From the NCBI RefSeq assembly GCF_001194135.2, contig NC_068997.1, positions 30,363,461 to 30,427,460 of the forward strand: DNA of 64,000 bases. Direction: 5' to 3'. This document shows, one piece after another, positions 25,084 through 38,887 of this stretch. Position 1 is the first letter of the stretch. Each line of letters starts with the position of its first letter. The notes beneath the pieces were generated by a model. That model saw only the letters and a program-made list of their open reading frames with translations, made no database searches and was not told where the DNA came from. Source of the DNA: Octopus bimaculoides (taxonomy: Eukaryota). A program made the translations under genes and the position numbers.

Positions 25084-25849
25084 CTGGAAGAGAAAAAGAA
25101 TTTGAGGAAAATTAAATTTATTGTCACAAGGATTTGATGACAAATACTTGATTATATTTAAACAAAGGGAACACATGGGAGAAGATTAAAAATTGAAAAC
25201 CCATTTTTATTTTCTCTCATGTGTTCTTTTTATATCTGTTGTGTTTAAATGTAAAGAATGAACTAGAAGTGTGTAAGTAAATTTGTCAAAATCTATGCTT
25301 TGAGCATATGTAAATGTGAATACGTGCGTGTATAGTTGCGCAATAAATCATATGCATGCATGTGTATGAATGGGTAGGCATTCTTTTATATGTATGTGTA
25401 TAAGTGTATGGGTGTCTGCCTGTCATCACAATACTGTGCATGTGTGTATGTGTGTATATGTGTTTGTGGTTATGTGCTTCATTATATTTATGCATATGTA
25501 TATGTGTGTACACTTGTGACTGTAAGCATGTGGGATGAGTATCTGTGCATATGTATATGCATGAGTGACTGTGTATGTAATATGTGTATATATATATCAG
25601 TACATATGTGCGTGCCTATATCAATAGTTTCAAAAATATTTCCAAGAATGTACTTCCTATCCACTTAGACATAATTGTGTTCTTAAGAAGGTTGTTTAAA
25701 AATCTTGATGTAAGTTCAAATCTCCAGCATGGCATCTTGGGCAAGTATCTGCTACTGTAGCCTCAGAGTGGCCAAAGCAGGGTGAATAAATTTCATGCCT
25801 TGAGGAAGAAAAAAGTTTTAACATTTCAAACCTTTCTCCCTTTTTACAA

Positions 25850-25954
<105 letters not shown>

Positions 25955-26219
25955 TTATATCTTGTTGTTTAGGTTCATATTTGCTAATGAGGATACAAAT
26001 AAAAGAGATGACAAACAACTGGAACATTCTTTGTTGAAGCCTAAAGAGAAGCTGTTAACTTCTTATGAGGAGAAGTGAAGGATGGAGTTTAGTATATGAG
26101 AACCCAGGAAGGAACAGAAATTGTGTTTCTACACTTCCAAGCATTAAAATGCTGCAAAAACAGAATTATCAAAATAGCAATTCAAAATTTTAAAACTTTA
26201 ACAAAGACAGTGAAATAAT

Positions 26220-26650
26220 AATAATTTCAAATTTTGGCAAAAGGCCAGCAATTTCAGGGATGGGTAAATCAATTGCATCAAATGACCTCGGTGCTCAACT
26301 GGTACTTATTTTATCACCCTCAAAAGGATTAAATATAAAGTCAATCTTTGGCTGAATCTGAACTTGGAAAATAAAGCTGGAAGAAATACTGCTAAGAATT
26401 TTACCTGGTGCAGTTATTATTTTGTAGGCTCACTACTTTAGACAGTTAATTAGTATTAATTTCTTAGTGAGAAACCAAGGATCAAATTTTAGAGGATAGT
26501 GTATTCATTAAAATCAACACTGGCATTTAACTGATACCTTATTGTTCTGACCCAGATGGATGAAGAGCAAAGTTAATCTCAGGAAAATCTGAATTTAGAA
26601 CCAAGAAAGGCTGGAACTAAATACCTTAGAGTATTGTGTCTGATTCTCAA
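26220..26650. mobile_element. Two diverged copies of a common SINE-like repeat (third copy at ~57070-57180)
   Basis: Shared AACTGGTACTTATT...CCC.AAAGGAT.AA...AAAGTC.A.CT motif. Confidence 0.6.
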
Positions 26651-26926
26651 CTAATTTTATCAAATATTAAATACAAATTAACTTATTTGAATATGCTAAT
26701 ATTTCACTGAAGTTTAATATCTGAAATAACTGCTCAAAATATTAAGTCCTCAAATGCAAACCTAGTTCATCTAGTTTTAAAAGTGTTATACACAAGAAGT
26801 GAGAAACTGGAAGAAGAAATCAAGTACTTTAGTGTTTTAAAAGAGGAAATGTTTCTTAAAATTTATTTGAAAGGAACATTTACTCTCACAAAGAAACATT
26901 TTAAATATTAACATGTAGGTACATAC

Positions 26927-27005
26927 CAAACTGATCCAAAACTTTATGACAGGAGTACTATAGAACAGCATACATTTTCTGAACATTAGCCATAGCTTGG
27001 AACAT
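26927..27005 (-). CDS. TRPM-like channel exon (pre-S1)
   Basis: 79 nt, AG acceptor 27006-27007 (alternative AG 26979-26980 in the same phase), GTATGT donor; CSKLWLMFRKCMLFYSTPVIKFWISL matches the TRPM FY.AP..KFW motif and splices in frame to 24955-25083. Confidence 0.85.
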
Positions 27006-27179
27006 CTAGATTAAAATTAGAATCATTTGTATTACTAATTAATAATAAATTTTAATTATTTTAAAAATTTCTATCTTCTAATCATAAAATATACAATTGC
27101 AACATGAAAACCATCTCCAACAGAAAATCAGGTAACTAAAACCATCCTATTGGGTAAGTCTCTTCACATCATTGATGCA

Positions 27180-27600
27180 ACCAAAGCCCATAGCCTGAAG
27201 GTATCCAAGTACTGCAGCACATTCAAGCAATATAGACTATAACACCTGGAAAATCTCATTCAATTTCACTAATTAGAGCAGATTATGCCCATCACAGTAA
27301 CAATCTCTTGCAGCACATATCAGATCATAACCTAGATAAGTCTAGCAGTACCATATCTACTCTTGTGTGGATATACACTCTGGCAGTTAGTTTGTTTGCC
27401 ATTCTTTCAAGTGCAGCCCCAAAAATAATGAATAACAACGTTGGAGTGAGTACACAGCCTTGCTTTACACTGTGGGTGACTGGAAAGTGGGATGAGTTGT
27501 CACTCCAAACAGAGAATGTGGTAAACATACTATATGAACCCACTTGAATATCTCCACAAATACATTTGGACACCCATATCTTTTGAGAATGGTTTATAAG
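27180..27600 (-). mobile_element. Old RTE-type RT fragment
   Basis: FPVTHSVKQGCVLTPTLLFIIF...VYIHTRVD..L.DLSRL. Confidence 0.65.
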
Positions 27601-27676
27601 CTTTGCTTTCTACATGGTTGAAAACCTTCAAAAATTTAAAAAAGATATTGTATATGTGTATATATATTATGCATGT

Positions 27677-27711
<35 letters not shown>

Positions 27712-28327
27712 TCTGTGTTCAGGCATCTTGCGTGTGTGTGCATTGCATGTGCTTTTCGAAGTGAATACTCTGTGTTGTATGAAAATGCAGAGAAATACGA
27801 AGTGGGAGAGGGGTGATAAGAGTTAAAGGCTAAGAGTATTAGTGTGTGAATACATGTATATGTGAATGTGTGTGGGAGTGTGCATGATGGTGTATGATGT
27901 GGGGAATGAGTGGAACAGTGTGCAGGGATGGTCATTTAATGGTGACCGTGTTGAGGATGTTGGAGAGATTGTGTGGGAGTGTGCAAGGTGTCATGCAGTG
28001 TGGGTAATGTTCAAATGTTTACTCTTCATAAAAGTATTGGGGAAATATGAGCTTGAATACAAACAAAATTAGAGTAATATACTAAATCAAATTTTCAAAC
28101 AGTGTGTGGGGAATGCCAAAGGATAATTAATTTATAAGACACAATAAAAGTTGAAAGGGACGATTTAAATATACAGACGTTGACTTTGTTATGATGTTCT
28201 ATTGAGATTGCCCACTTCTGGTATACTCATTTAATAACTCTCTAATCACCAACAGGTAATTCAGATATTTCTCCTCAAACAACTTCTATGACTCTCTTTA
28301 CAAAGCGCTTCACATACCACACCATAT

Positions 28328-31300
28328 ATTTCTTTTATTTCGCCACTCACGGTTCAACATAGAGGGGATATCACAAGGTCAGACAAATTAACATATAGTG
28401 CGATGACAGTGTGATGATAAATATAATGAAATCGAATAAAAATTCTAACAAAATTGAGTAAATAATTAAAGATATACTTTCTATCATTGGGTTGGTTTAC
28501 CCACTGCCGTTATTCGGTGTATCCCCTTTTGTCACAGGATGGCTGCAGTTACACATTTCCATTCACTCACAACTTTCTTAACATGTTCGTCCACCTTTTA
28601 CCAAACATACTATGTGATAAGTATCACTTCTCCAGCCAGATTTTACTTTTGAGATGATAGTTAAAATAACTGACCAACCCCCAGCCGGAGATGAAGGTAC
28701 CTGAAGCGATCTCTTTTACACATATTTTCCACACTGTCGCTTTCAGCATGGCCACTATGCAGAGAAAACAGGCCCTCCTCTTCCCCTTCAGGGAGGTGGG
28801 CAGCACGATCTTAATGATAGATTCAGCTGGTAACTACTCTTTCTGTTATTGGTAACAGCTGCTTGATATAGGGTATCACTTCCCTAATCACGTACACTGC
28901 ACAGTTTCACTGCCCTGCCCGCAACTTTGACAGGTCAGTGAGATGGCACAACCATGCCTTGATAACCTCTCTTGAACAACTAAGGCCGATCGGTAACACA
29001 ACCAGACGGGGGATTTCTGGTAATCATCCTGATACTCTGGCCTGAAGGTTCTTTTGAACAGGCTGGTTAACTGATTTCCATCCAAGTCTAAAGTCGTCTG
29101 ATTTGAACTCAACTAACCCGCTATAGAAGTCCGTGGTGAAACTCCAGCTGCCAGTATTGCCTGCCCGGGAGAGTAGCATGAGTGCATGTTGGCACTCTAG
29201 CTGCAAGTCACCTAGTCTGGGTCACCGCCTGATCTAAGGACCTAACTTCCAAGGGGAGGTTAGTTAAGGAAAGAAGATGTTTGTGAGCGGTGACCACACC
29301 GGCTCACCATCTAGGTTGAACCAGAGGTGACCAAGCCTTAGCGCAAACTTGCACATCTTCAGCCACAGTCTCCCTAGCCCGCCCTTTAATAGCTCTTGAT
29401 GGCAGACAGTGCGCCTTACAAGTGGTGCCTTCTTCCATAAAAAGCGGAAGAGGAGTTGCTCCATCTTGCTCAGCTACGAATCGGGGCAAGGCTCGATGGT
29501 CAGATGGTAGATGCTGACAGATGCTATGTACATCTGCATTACCTCCACCCTCACTAGCAGTGATAACGTCCTTCCAGACCAAATCTTGTCCAGATCAAAC
29601 CAGACCCCTAACATCTTAACTGGACCTTCCGTCCAACGTCCCACGATGCTATTAGATGGCTTCGACTTGCCCCTCCAGGTGCCGAGTTATAAGCCGACTG
29701 ACTTAACCTGGTTAATTTTTGTTCCTGCCACCACTTCGTATCTTCTGAAGGCGTTTACTACACAAGGTAGCTGCCCTTCATCCGACACGATGACGGTGAT
29801 ATTATCTGCATATACTGACGCAGTTCTTCCACAGTTCAGATCATGCAAGATTCCCCCCTAAAGTCTCCAACCTTCGCAGCAATGGCTCAAGAGCCAACAC
29901 ATGCAAAAGCAGAGACGGGAACATCGAACAAAGCACTCAATGTCAAATAGTTTTGAATAGAAACCGTTCACCCAGATGATGGACTTGATGTTGCTGTACA
30001 AACAGTGATCCAGCTTCGGAAAGTCAGGCCCAGCCTGTCTACCCCGCGGACCGCTGCCAGGTACCGATGGTCAACCTTATTGAATACTTTAGACTGGTCT
30101 AAATATACCAGTGGCCTACCTTTGCCCGAAATTTTACTCACCCGCTCTAAAGTGTAGCGTATGAAGTGGAGGTTGTCGTGTATCATCCTGCTGGGGATGG
30201 TGCATATTTGCACATCCCCAACAAGACTATCCATGACCCGTGCCAACCTCTTTGCTAGCACCTTGGCCAAAATCTTTAACTCTGTGTTTAACAGAGTTAT
30301 GGGCCTAAAGTTACAAATAATGTTCCCCTTGCTTGAGTCCTTTCTGATCAGTGTCACCACCCCCGGCTCACAACTTTGGGGATTTTTCCAGTATCCTGCA
30401 AGTTGGAATAGACTCTGGCCTGTAGGTGATTGAACAAGTCTGGCATAGTTTTGAAAAACTCGTAAGGTAGACCATCAAGTCCCGACAACCTGTCTTGTGG
30501 AGAGACATTCTGCCATGACTTCCTCAGCTGTGATCGCTCCTTCACAGTACCCATCCTTTTGTGCTGAGAGACATGGGCTCAACGTGATCCAGCGCTTCAC
30601 TCCCCCCGAACAACTCGGCAAAATACTTGCAAAAGACCACTTGTATCTCATCTTATCCTTCGGTCAAACGCTTCTGTTCATTGATGAAAAATCCAATTGT
30701 GGTATCATTGCTATGTTGGGTCTCTACTATGCGGGCCCACCTAGCAATGTTAATTCCCTCTCAGCTCAATGCACGTATTCTAATTTGAACTCTGCATTCC
30801 TCATGTTTGGCTTTTTTAATCAGCAAATGAGGGATTGTTCTCAATGTTATTAAATTACCCTCCTTCTTGTTCTTCTCCCTCTCCTCGTTGGTCTCTGGCG
30901 ATGGGTCAATCAATTTTGGCATGTCACTTAGCTTGTGAATGCCCTCCAGCCTCCTGTCCTTCAGTTGTTTGTACAGTTTTTCGTCTATGTGGGCACAGCC
31001 TGTTCCTCTAAATGACTTTGTCATATGGTGCTTACTTACTATTTCATGTATACAGATGTCTTTTATGTCATAGTTTATTAGTACCATTCTGTCCGTGGGG
31101 TCAAGAGGCAGAGATTAAAATAATCTTTGTTTGAAATGCTCCGCTTTTTTATGGGTCCATTTTTTGTTGGGGCTTGGGGTTGGGAGGGAGTTGGGGACAC
31201 AGTGTTTCTCCTTGCCCGTTTCCGGGAGATAATCTGAAATTCCCCCTCCTGTTCGACGACCTCCATGCCATCACTAGGAGTGGGAATTTTATCCATATTC

Positions 31301-32464
31301 TCTTGTACAGCAATCTTCTCCACTGGTTTTCCCACTGACTTCTGCTTTGGTTTCTTCTCTTTCTTCTTTTTTTTGCCTTCTTCCTTGTTTGTTGTCAAGA
31401 GGTGCCTCTGTGTTGGGAGGGTGACATTCTACTCGCAAGTTGCCCTTCTACCCACACTTAAAACAGCATGCCTTCCTCCCTTTGAATTGTACTTTTAAAA
31501 CAATGTCCTCTCCAGCCAACATCCTGTCTGGTATCTTTTCCAGATATTCAGGTATTGCCTGTATCACAATCTCAATAGTGTGCCCGAACCATTTGGGAGT
31601 TGGGGCAGAATGGGTGATTTGTAGTATGGAGACTTTTTCTTCTCTCAAATAACATAGGCCCACCACCATACAGGTGGCGTCCAACTCCAACTTCAATTTT
31701 TATCCAGGACGTTCTACGTCCTAGCTATGATGGTAGAAGTACCACCTCGTTAGTTTTCAAAGTCAGCACCAAGTGCTGTCTTGCTCTTTCTGCGGTTTCA
31801 AATCTCACCTCAATTGAGGCGAACTTCCTGCCTTGGGCCACATAAGTCACATGTTTCCACACCGGCCCAAGGCATTTCTCAATTTTTTCCTTTGCTATGT
31901 TGGAAATTTTCTTCTTTACCACATCATATGTCTTGTATATGATGATCTTGTTCCGCGTTTATGTGGTTATGTCGCTTATGGAGATGGACATCACCTCCGT
32001 CTCCATCCATTGACAACATACCATAGAATGTTTGGTATTCGGAACGCATAATATCCAATTTTTCTTTTTGCACACTGGCCACTGCAGAAAAATTTTTAAT
32101 ACCATGATCGCTTGTGGCATTTTCCTCGCGAGCCATACGCTCCTTTACGATTTCCACATTTGGAATCAACATTTTCAAATAAACACAGAATTTCTCACAA
32201 AGTGACAAACGAGAAATTGTTTAAACAAATTCTCCCAAAGAAGAACTTAAAAGTTCAAGGATTCAATCCCTTCCCTCATAGGGTGAAGGATACAATTCAA
32301 AAAGTTTAAACAAGTTTCAATAACAATGTTCTTTCCCCCCGTAATGCAACAAATTTCAACAACGGCCTGCCAAGCAGGTGACAATTTTTAACAAACTACA
32401 ATCACAAACAACAATACACAAGAGGTTCAACAACAATTTTAACAATACATACGCAAATAAAAAC
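28328..32464 (-). mobile_element. Tx1-like element EB: ORF1 plus RT plus C-terminus, endonuclease domain absent
   Basis: ORF1 ~32160-30850; ORF2 starts in the post-EN linker (AKHEECRVQIRIRAL); SGLDGLPYEFF, FRPITLLNTELKILAKVLAKRL, LDQSKVFNKVDH, YADN 29801-29812; zinc-binding tail homologous to E3; 3' GAAATAAAAG. Confidence 0.88.
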
Positions 32465-32520
32465 ACAGCGCACTGTACCTTACAATTCTTACGTCAAACT
32501 TGCACATATCATACTGCACC

Positions 32521-34360
32521 AATTCTTTAAGCATTCAGGCTTTTACACAGAGGGGACAGAAAAGGACAGACAGAATATCACAGTGGGGGCAAAAAACACA
32601 AAATGAATGAAAATGAGAAAAGTGTTATATAATAATGAAGATGAAATGGCTGCATGAGCCCCACTCTTTTGCAGTACCATTTGAACGTTCTTACAAACAG
32701 TTTATAATCTTTTCTTCTTTCCTTTTGTTTTTTCTATTAACATGGTTTTTTTTTTTTCAAGAAATTTTACTTACTCTTTTTTTTTAAAGTTCATGTATGG
32801 TTCTAAATCTCTATATTCCATCACCGGCGGCAGTTTGTCAAACTCTACCTCAACTCCCAGTGGATCAATATCCCTTTCAAACATTTCCTTTAACCTGTTA
32901 TACCTCTCTTTATCTATAACAACAATTGCTTTCACATTTTCCATGTAAATTTCCATAGGCAACATAATCCGTATTATGGATTTAAACTTCATTATCTTTT
33001 TTCCTATTGCAGTGCTCTTGGCGAATGTCACAAAATTCCATTTATGCTTCTTCAGCTTTCTTGCTTGTTTGTTTTTCCTTGCTCCAGTCTTGGCGCCTTC
33101 ACTCTGTCTTTATCCTCCTCCGTTTTAGTTAGTGTCACTGCTTCACTTTTGTGCTGTTATCTCTCTACACCAACCGAATCTTCCTCCTCTGCTGGTGTAG
33201 CTAGTACCCTTGCTACTGTTACCTCTTTCTCAAGATCCTCCTCAAGCTCCCTCTCAACCTTCCTCTCAACCTCTCCATCCTCATCCCTCTTCTTTTTGTG
33301 CCTCTCCAGTGGAGAGCTTACTCCTTCCTTTCCCTTTCACTTTTCAACCACGTCGAATGCTTTCTTCACCACTACCGTCTCCCTCACACCATCCTGCACC
33401 ACTTCATCCACCCTCTCCTGCTCCTCAGATTGCTCCATCCATCCCTCTTCCCCTCTCCAGGGGCACCTCACCCTCATATGGCCCTCCTCCTCGCATTGAT
33501 AACAAACATGAGGCTCACATTCCACTACCACTCCCAGCGCCTTTTCTCCTGGCAAAACCTCCTCCGCCGCAACTTTGTTCAAGTCTCTCAAACCCGCTTG
33601 TATGGCCGCCTCCACGCCACAACCCCAACAATTTGACCATTTGGCTCTCATCACCTTAAGCATCTTTGTGTCCTCCTCCATGTCAAACATTACCGCTTCC
33701 ACCAACCACGCTTCATCCATTTCCGGGGGCACCCTTCCCACTCTCACCCCGGCAATACGCTTGCTACAGCATGTCGGCAAAAGTACCCATTCTTCCGTCG
33801 TCACAGCTACAGTGGAGTGCTCTATTGCATCATCTTCAGTCGTGAATTGCACCTCCACTGTGCCACACCCCACTCCTGCGACAAAAGTGATGAACCTCCC
33901 AACCTCCGCCAAGCACTCCTCAACAGCTTTGACAGTTGCAACTCTGACTCCTCTCGATGACACCCTCAATACTCCAGACATCACAGTTCCCCTCATCACA
34001 CTACCCGCCAAATCCTCCAGTGGCGTCAACTTCAAAGTACTCCACAATCCTTCAGCCTCCTCGGCCCCACACCCCCTCAGGAACCTCCAAAGCACCAGAG
34101 TCCACTCCTATTTCAGCTGCTGCTGCACAACGGTACACCCAGCTGGCATTTGTTCCATCCTTCCTCCCCCTCAAGCTTTCAGACACAAATCAACAAACTC
34201 ATACATAAAAACAGCAATTTCAACAACCAACAATCGTAGGCATAACCATGAGGGAAGACTCCCAACAAATACACTATAAGAATTATAACACCACCTACCT
34301 CCACGGAATCACAAGGATCTCAAAACAGAATCCCAAGTATTAACACACCATATTGTACAT
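32521..34360 (-). mobile_element. Tx1/L1-clade ORF1-only (HAL1-like) element EA
   Basis: Gap-free sequence. ORF1 34095-33337 (CYQCEEEGHMRVRC) with frameshifted C-terminus to 32771, then directly a 3' UTR. Flanked by an 18-bp near-repeat at 32503-32520 and 34361-34378. Confidence 0.85.
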
Positions 34361-34419
34361 CACATACCATACTGTACCTTGCACTGTCAGTATGAAGTGC
34401 CTTTATAAGGTTTAGGACA

Positions 34420-37140
34420 GTTCACTTGCTATCTCACAGGGTTGTCAGAACTTCACCACAACAGTTTATAATATTGTGGCTTCCCTTCTTGCCATATAGA
34501 GCAGTTCCTACAAATTTGTTTCACATTTTCCAATGAATATGGAAGATTTCTACTATGGGTGAAATGATGAAGGCACACTACACCAGAATGGCACAGTGCT
34601 GCATGTAACTCATAATGTGAATGTGAACTGATTGCTGAACAGCGGACCCTAGTGAATGCATCTGGATCCTGGGCGATAGTGAATATCATAGGAGTATGGA
34701 GATAATGCAATGTGCCATCTCGTAGTTTTATCATTTTAAATTTTGCTCGTCAGTTTATAATTATACACGAATGCAACAGAACGTTGATCAGTAATTAATG
34801 TGAAATGTCTACCGAGAAGAAAGTAAGTGTCTCCAATGATGAATTGCTTGGGCTTCCTTTTCAACAGAAGAGTGGTACTGTTTGCTACCTTGTAGTGTGC
34901 GAGAATGGAATGCAACTGGTCCACCTCAACATCCACCTAAACAGTGAATGGGATATTCTCCTCTACTATTTGAATGGTAGCATTAGCTAGTTCTATCTTC
35001 ACGGACTCGAATACCTTTACTTGCTGACTGTTTAGAGGAAATTTTGATACGTTATTGATAGGATATATTTCGTCAGAAAATTTGGTGATCAACTTAGCAT
35101 AATAAGAAAACATACCGATTATTCATTTTAATGATTTCTGGTCAGTTGGTGTAGGAAGATTGAGGAGTAGAGCAAGTCTTTCTGAGGGTATTGTGTGAGA
35201 TATAATATCCAAGAAAATCTAGAGTTGTTGTTCAGTAAACACATTTCTCTTCATTCATTGTGAACCCCTCAATTTTATTTGTCATTTCAAACTTTTCTAG
35301 ATTATTATCATGGTCATTTTGATCTTTCCCACATATGGTTAAATTGTCTATGAATGAGAACATATCTCACAACTTATATTTTCTCCCAAAGTCATCCATT
35401 ATACGTTGGAAATATGCACTGCCATTAGTTACTGCAAATGGCATCCTGTTATACTGCCATAATTTACTGTCAGCTTCAAAGGCAGTGACTTGTTGATCTT
35501 TCTCTGATAGAGGAATCTGGTGTCATGCTGAACGTAAGTCTATAGAACTGTAGACCATATATTGAGCAATAGTCTTTACTAACTCATTGATTTTAGAAAG
35601 AGGGTTAGCATCAAGTTGTGTATATTTGTTAACTGTCTCTGAATAGTCAATCGCCATTCTTCACATTGTTCTTTCTTGAACAACTAGCACTTGTGACCTC
35701 CAAGGAGAATTATTGGTTTCAATAATGTTCACATCTGCTAGGCGGCGTATTTCCATCTTGATAAACTCATGATCATGTTTCGAGTATTTTTACAATTTGG
35801 CTGTATTAGGTTTACAGTCAGTCCTCCCTGAGATGTGCGAAGAGATTTGGGAGATCAGTTTCCATAGCTGTTAGTGCAATAAACATTAATGGTGGTTTTT
35901 GTCCTCCATATTGTATGGTAATACTTTCATGCTGTTCTTCAAAGTCAGTACCCAGAATTAGGTCAGTGCACAAGATTCTGAGGATGTACAGTTTCACATC
36001 TGATTATCTAGGGTAAATGAAGCAGTGAAATATTTTTTGGATTCCACTGAAAGAAATGCAGAAGTCATATCAATGATGTTCTTCGATTTGACTGTTTTGA
36101 TGTTGAGTATGTTCATTAGCTTCTCACTGATGAAACTCTTGTCTGTGCTACCACTTTCAATTAATGCTTCGATTCTGCAAGTATTGCTCAGTAAACCTAC
36201 TGATGCTGATACTGTCGAACGTAGATCATATTTGTCATCTTTATGTGTCACAGTTGCTGTGTTGCTCTTACAAAGTTTTCCAAAATGGCCTATATTTTTT
36301 GTATTTGTGACAGACTGCTTCACCCACAGGACAACAACTCCATGGGTGTGTGAAATAGCCACAAAACCAGTATCGAGATGGTTTTCCTCTTTGGATTGCA
36401 GAAGAGTGTTCTTTCAGCTTTGGGAATCAATTGGCTTGGCTATGGTGGGTACCGTTGGACTGAAATTGGTACACTCAGAGTTTGGAAAGACATTGGAACT
36501 CTGTTGCACCACATCTAGCAAACATGCTTGATCATAAGTTGTACTGAGGTTGACACTTTTGTTTTTTAATAGTTTTGTCTTATCTGACTCGAAATGAATT
36601 GATTTATAAAGGCATCTCGAATCATTTCAGACCAATACTGCTCAGCACTCACTGCAACAAAGCCACAGTCTTTTGCTAGTATTTTGAGTTCTGGTCTAGA
36701 GAATCTCCAGATTTCTGTTTCCTTGTGGCCAAAAGATGGCATCCCATTATGATGTTCTTTGGTTTACTGTACACACTCTTTAGTGTATTTACAGCTTGTT
36801 TATAATTCTTAACTTCACTAATGAATTCGTATACATTTGGTTCCAAATAATTAAACAAAGGATAGAGTTTATCGATAATCCTACCTTCTTGCCCAAGTAG
36901 TGAGTCTATAAAGTTGGTGAAAGTTCTAAAACCAATGATCCAAGGTCTTGTCAGCATTTGTGGGGATTGGGTCAACATTCAATCTGTCTGGTTTCAAGTA
37001 TTTTTCCATATCTGGTATCCTTCCCCAATTCGTACTTGTCTTTCCATTAATTTCTTTCTCTATAGAATATTCAACAACTTCTTCAAGATTTCAAAATTAG
37101 TTTCTTTGATTGTTATGCATGACCAGTAATTCCAGGTTCA
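34420..37140 (-). mobile_element. Degenerate Ty3/Gypsy element (gag, PR, RT, RNase H, integrase start), truncated at the Tx1 train
   Basis: VYSKPKNII...LATRKQKSG; ALIESGSTDKSFI; PWRSQV, IDYSETVN, IDLRSA*HQI, MPFAVTNG; LLGRHFTLITDQRSV; HAALCHSG...CRNC. Confidence 0.88.
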
Positions 37141-37267
37141 AAGAAACTATTTTCCAGTCATAATCCAAAACAATAAAGCATCACATAATGTTATTCGTGA
37201 TATTCTCGAATCAGGAATAACATTATTATAATCGATTCATGATTATGTTATTCTAAATGGCAACTCA

Positions 37268-37299
<32 letters not shown>

Positions 37300-38384
37300 A
37301 TCATCAAATGCGCATTCCCTTTATATGAACGAAAATCACTCAAGTCAGAGCACAATTTGCATAACATTAATTTACATAACATTTCGATACATTTGTTTTT
37401 TGTGACACAAGTCTATAGAAACTAAATTCCTTCAATGATTATATTTTAAATATGTGGTTTATAAAAAGAAGGTACATGGTAATATAGAAAACTAATGTCA
37501 ACAAAATAGACATGTATGCATCTATCTATATATATTCACACTTTTATATATATATACATACACACACACATGTATGAATACATACAACCTCATGTATACA
37601 TATAAATTCATACAAAACATGTGTGTGTGTATGCATGTGCGTGTGCATATAACAAAACAGCAAGTTGCAAAATATTACCATTACACATGTTTCATTTGCT
37701 AATAGGAATCAGAAAGCTGTACATGTTGGATAAACATGTAGGAAATTTAGTATCAGAAATTCTTCAAAGAACCAAATAATACAAAATTTACATTTAGATG
37801 AAGTAGTTTTATATATAGTTAGTAATCAGGAGCAGTAAATATAGTTGGGGGAAGGATAAACAGGAAATCAAGTAGTAAGAAAAGAGAAGAGAAGGTTAGA
37901 TATAAACATACATCCACACACATACACATATATGTAACCAGCATCCCTGTTGGTAGCATGTAAAAAGCACTTTTCAAGCATGGAGGTTCATGGTGGCAAG
38001 GTAGCTGATGCTGGTGGCATGTGAAAGCACCTTTCAAGAGTTGCACCTCATGGAAGCGTGTACACGTGTACTGTACGTATGTATGTGTGGTGTGTACACA
38101 TGTACTGTACGTATATATGTACATAAGTATGTATGTACATACATATAAAATTTACTGAAAGTAATTAAATAGTAATTTTTCATTGCTTCATAAATGCACC
38201 TTCTCTTAACAAAATTTCACTTCATCTTATAGTCCTAGTTTTCCATGAATGATGTTTGAGCTTCATTCATGTTGCATGTCTTGCTAGCATTCTTACCACA
38301 TGCATGCCATATGTATACTTACGCATATACACTGAAGAATATATGATGCAATGATAATTGTAAAGATAACATGTTTGCACTAGT

Positions 38385-38810
38385 ATCATCGTCATCATCA
38401 TCATTTAACGCCCATTGTCCATGCTGGCATGGGTTGAATGGTTTGACCAAGGCTGGTTAGCTGGAAGGCTGCACCAGGATTCAGTCTGATTTGGCATGGT
38501 TTTATATGGCTAGATGCCTTTCCTAATGCGAACTACTCTGAGAGTGTAATGACTACTCTTATGTGCCTCTGGCACGGGCACCATTTGCATGACACCAATA
38601 TCTGCCACAACAGGTACTCAGCCACTTTGCCTCTAGGAGGCTCAATGCTCGAAAGGATATATCATTATCATCATTATCGTCATTGTAGTCATTTAATGTC
38701 CGACTTCCAAGCTAGCATGGGTTGGACAGTTTCACAAGGCTGGCCAGGCAGAAGCCTGCACCAAACTTCTGCGACTGTTTTGGTAGGATTTATACAGCTG
38801 AATGTCTTTT
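38385..38810 (-). mobile_element. Two short RTE 3'-end fragments
   Basis: (CAT)n-TTTAA...CCATGCTGGCATGGGTTG motif as at 12391; a similar fragment lies at 49477-49575. Confidence 0.75.
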
Positions 38811-38853
38811 CTAACATTTATATTATATGTGCGTATGTATGTACACATGTGTA

Positions 38854-38887
<34 letters not shown>

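Noticed and set aside
25973-26078. Possible plus-strand terminal exon ([19 protein letters not shown]...)
   Set aside because: No recognisable homology and no partner exons; adjacent to a (GA)n tract.
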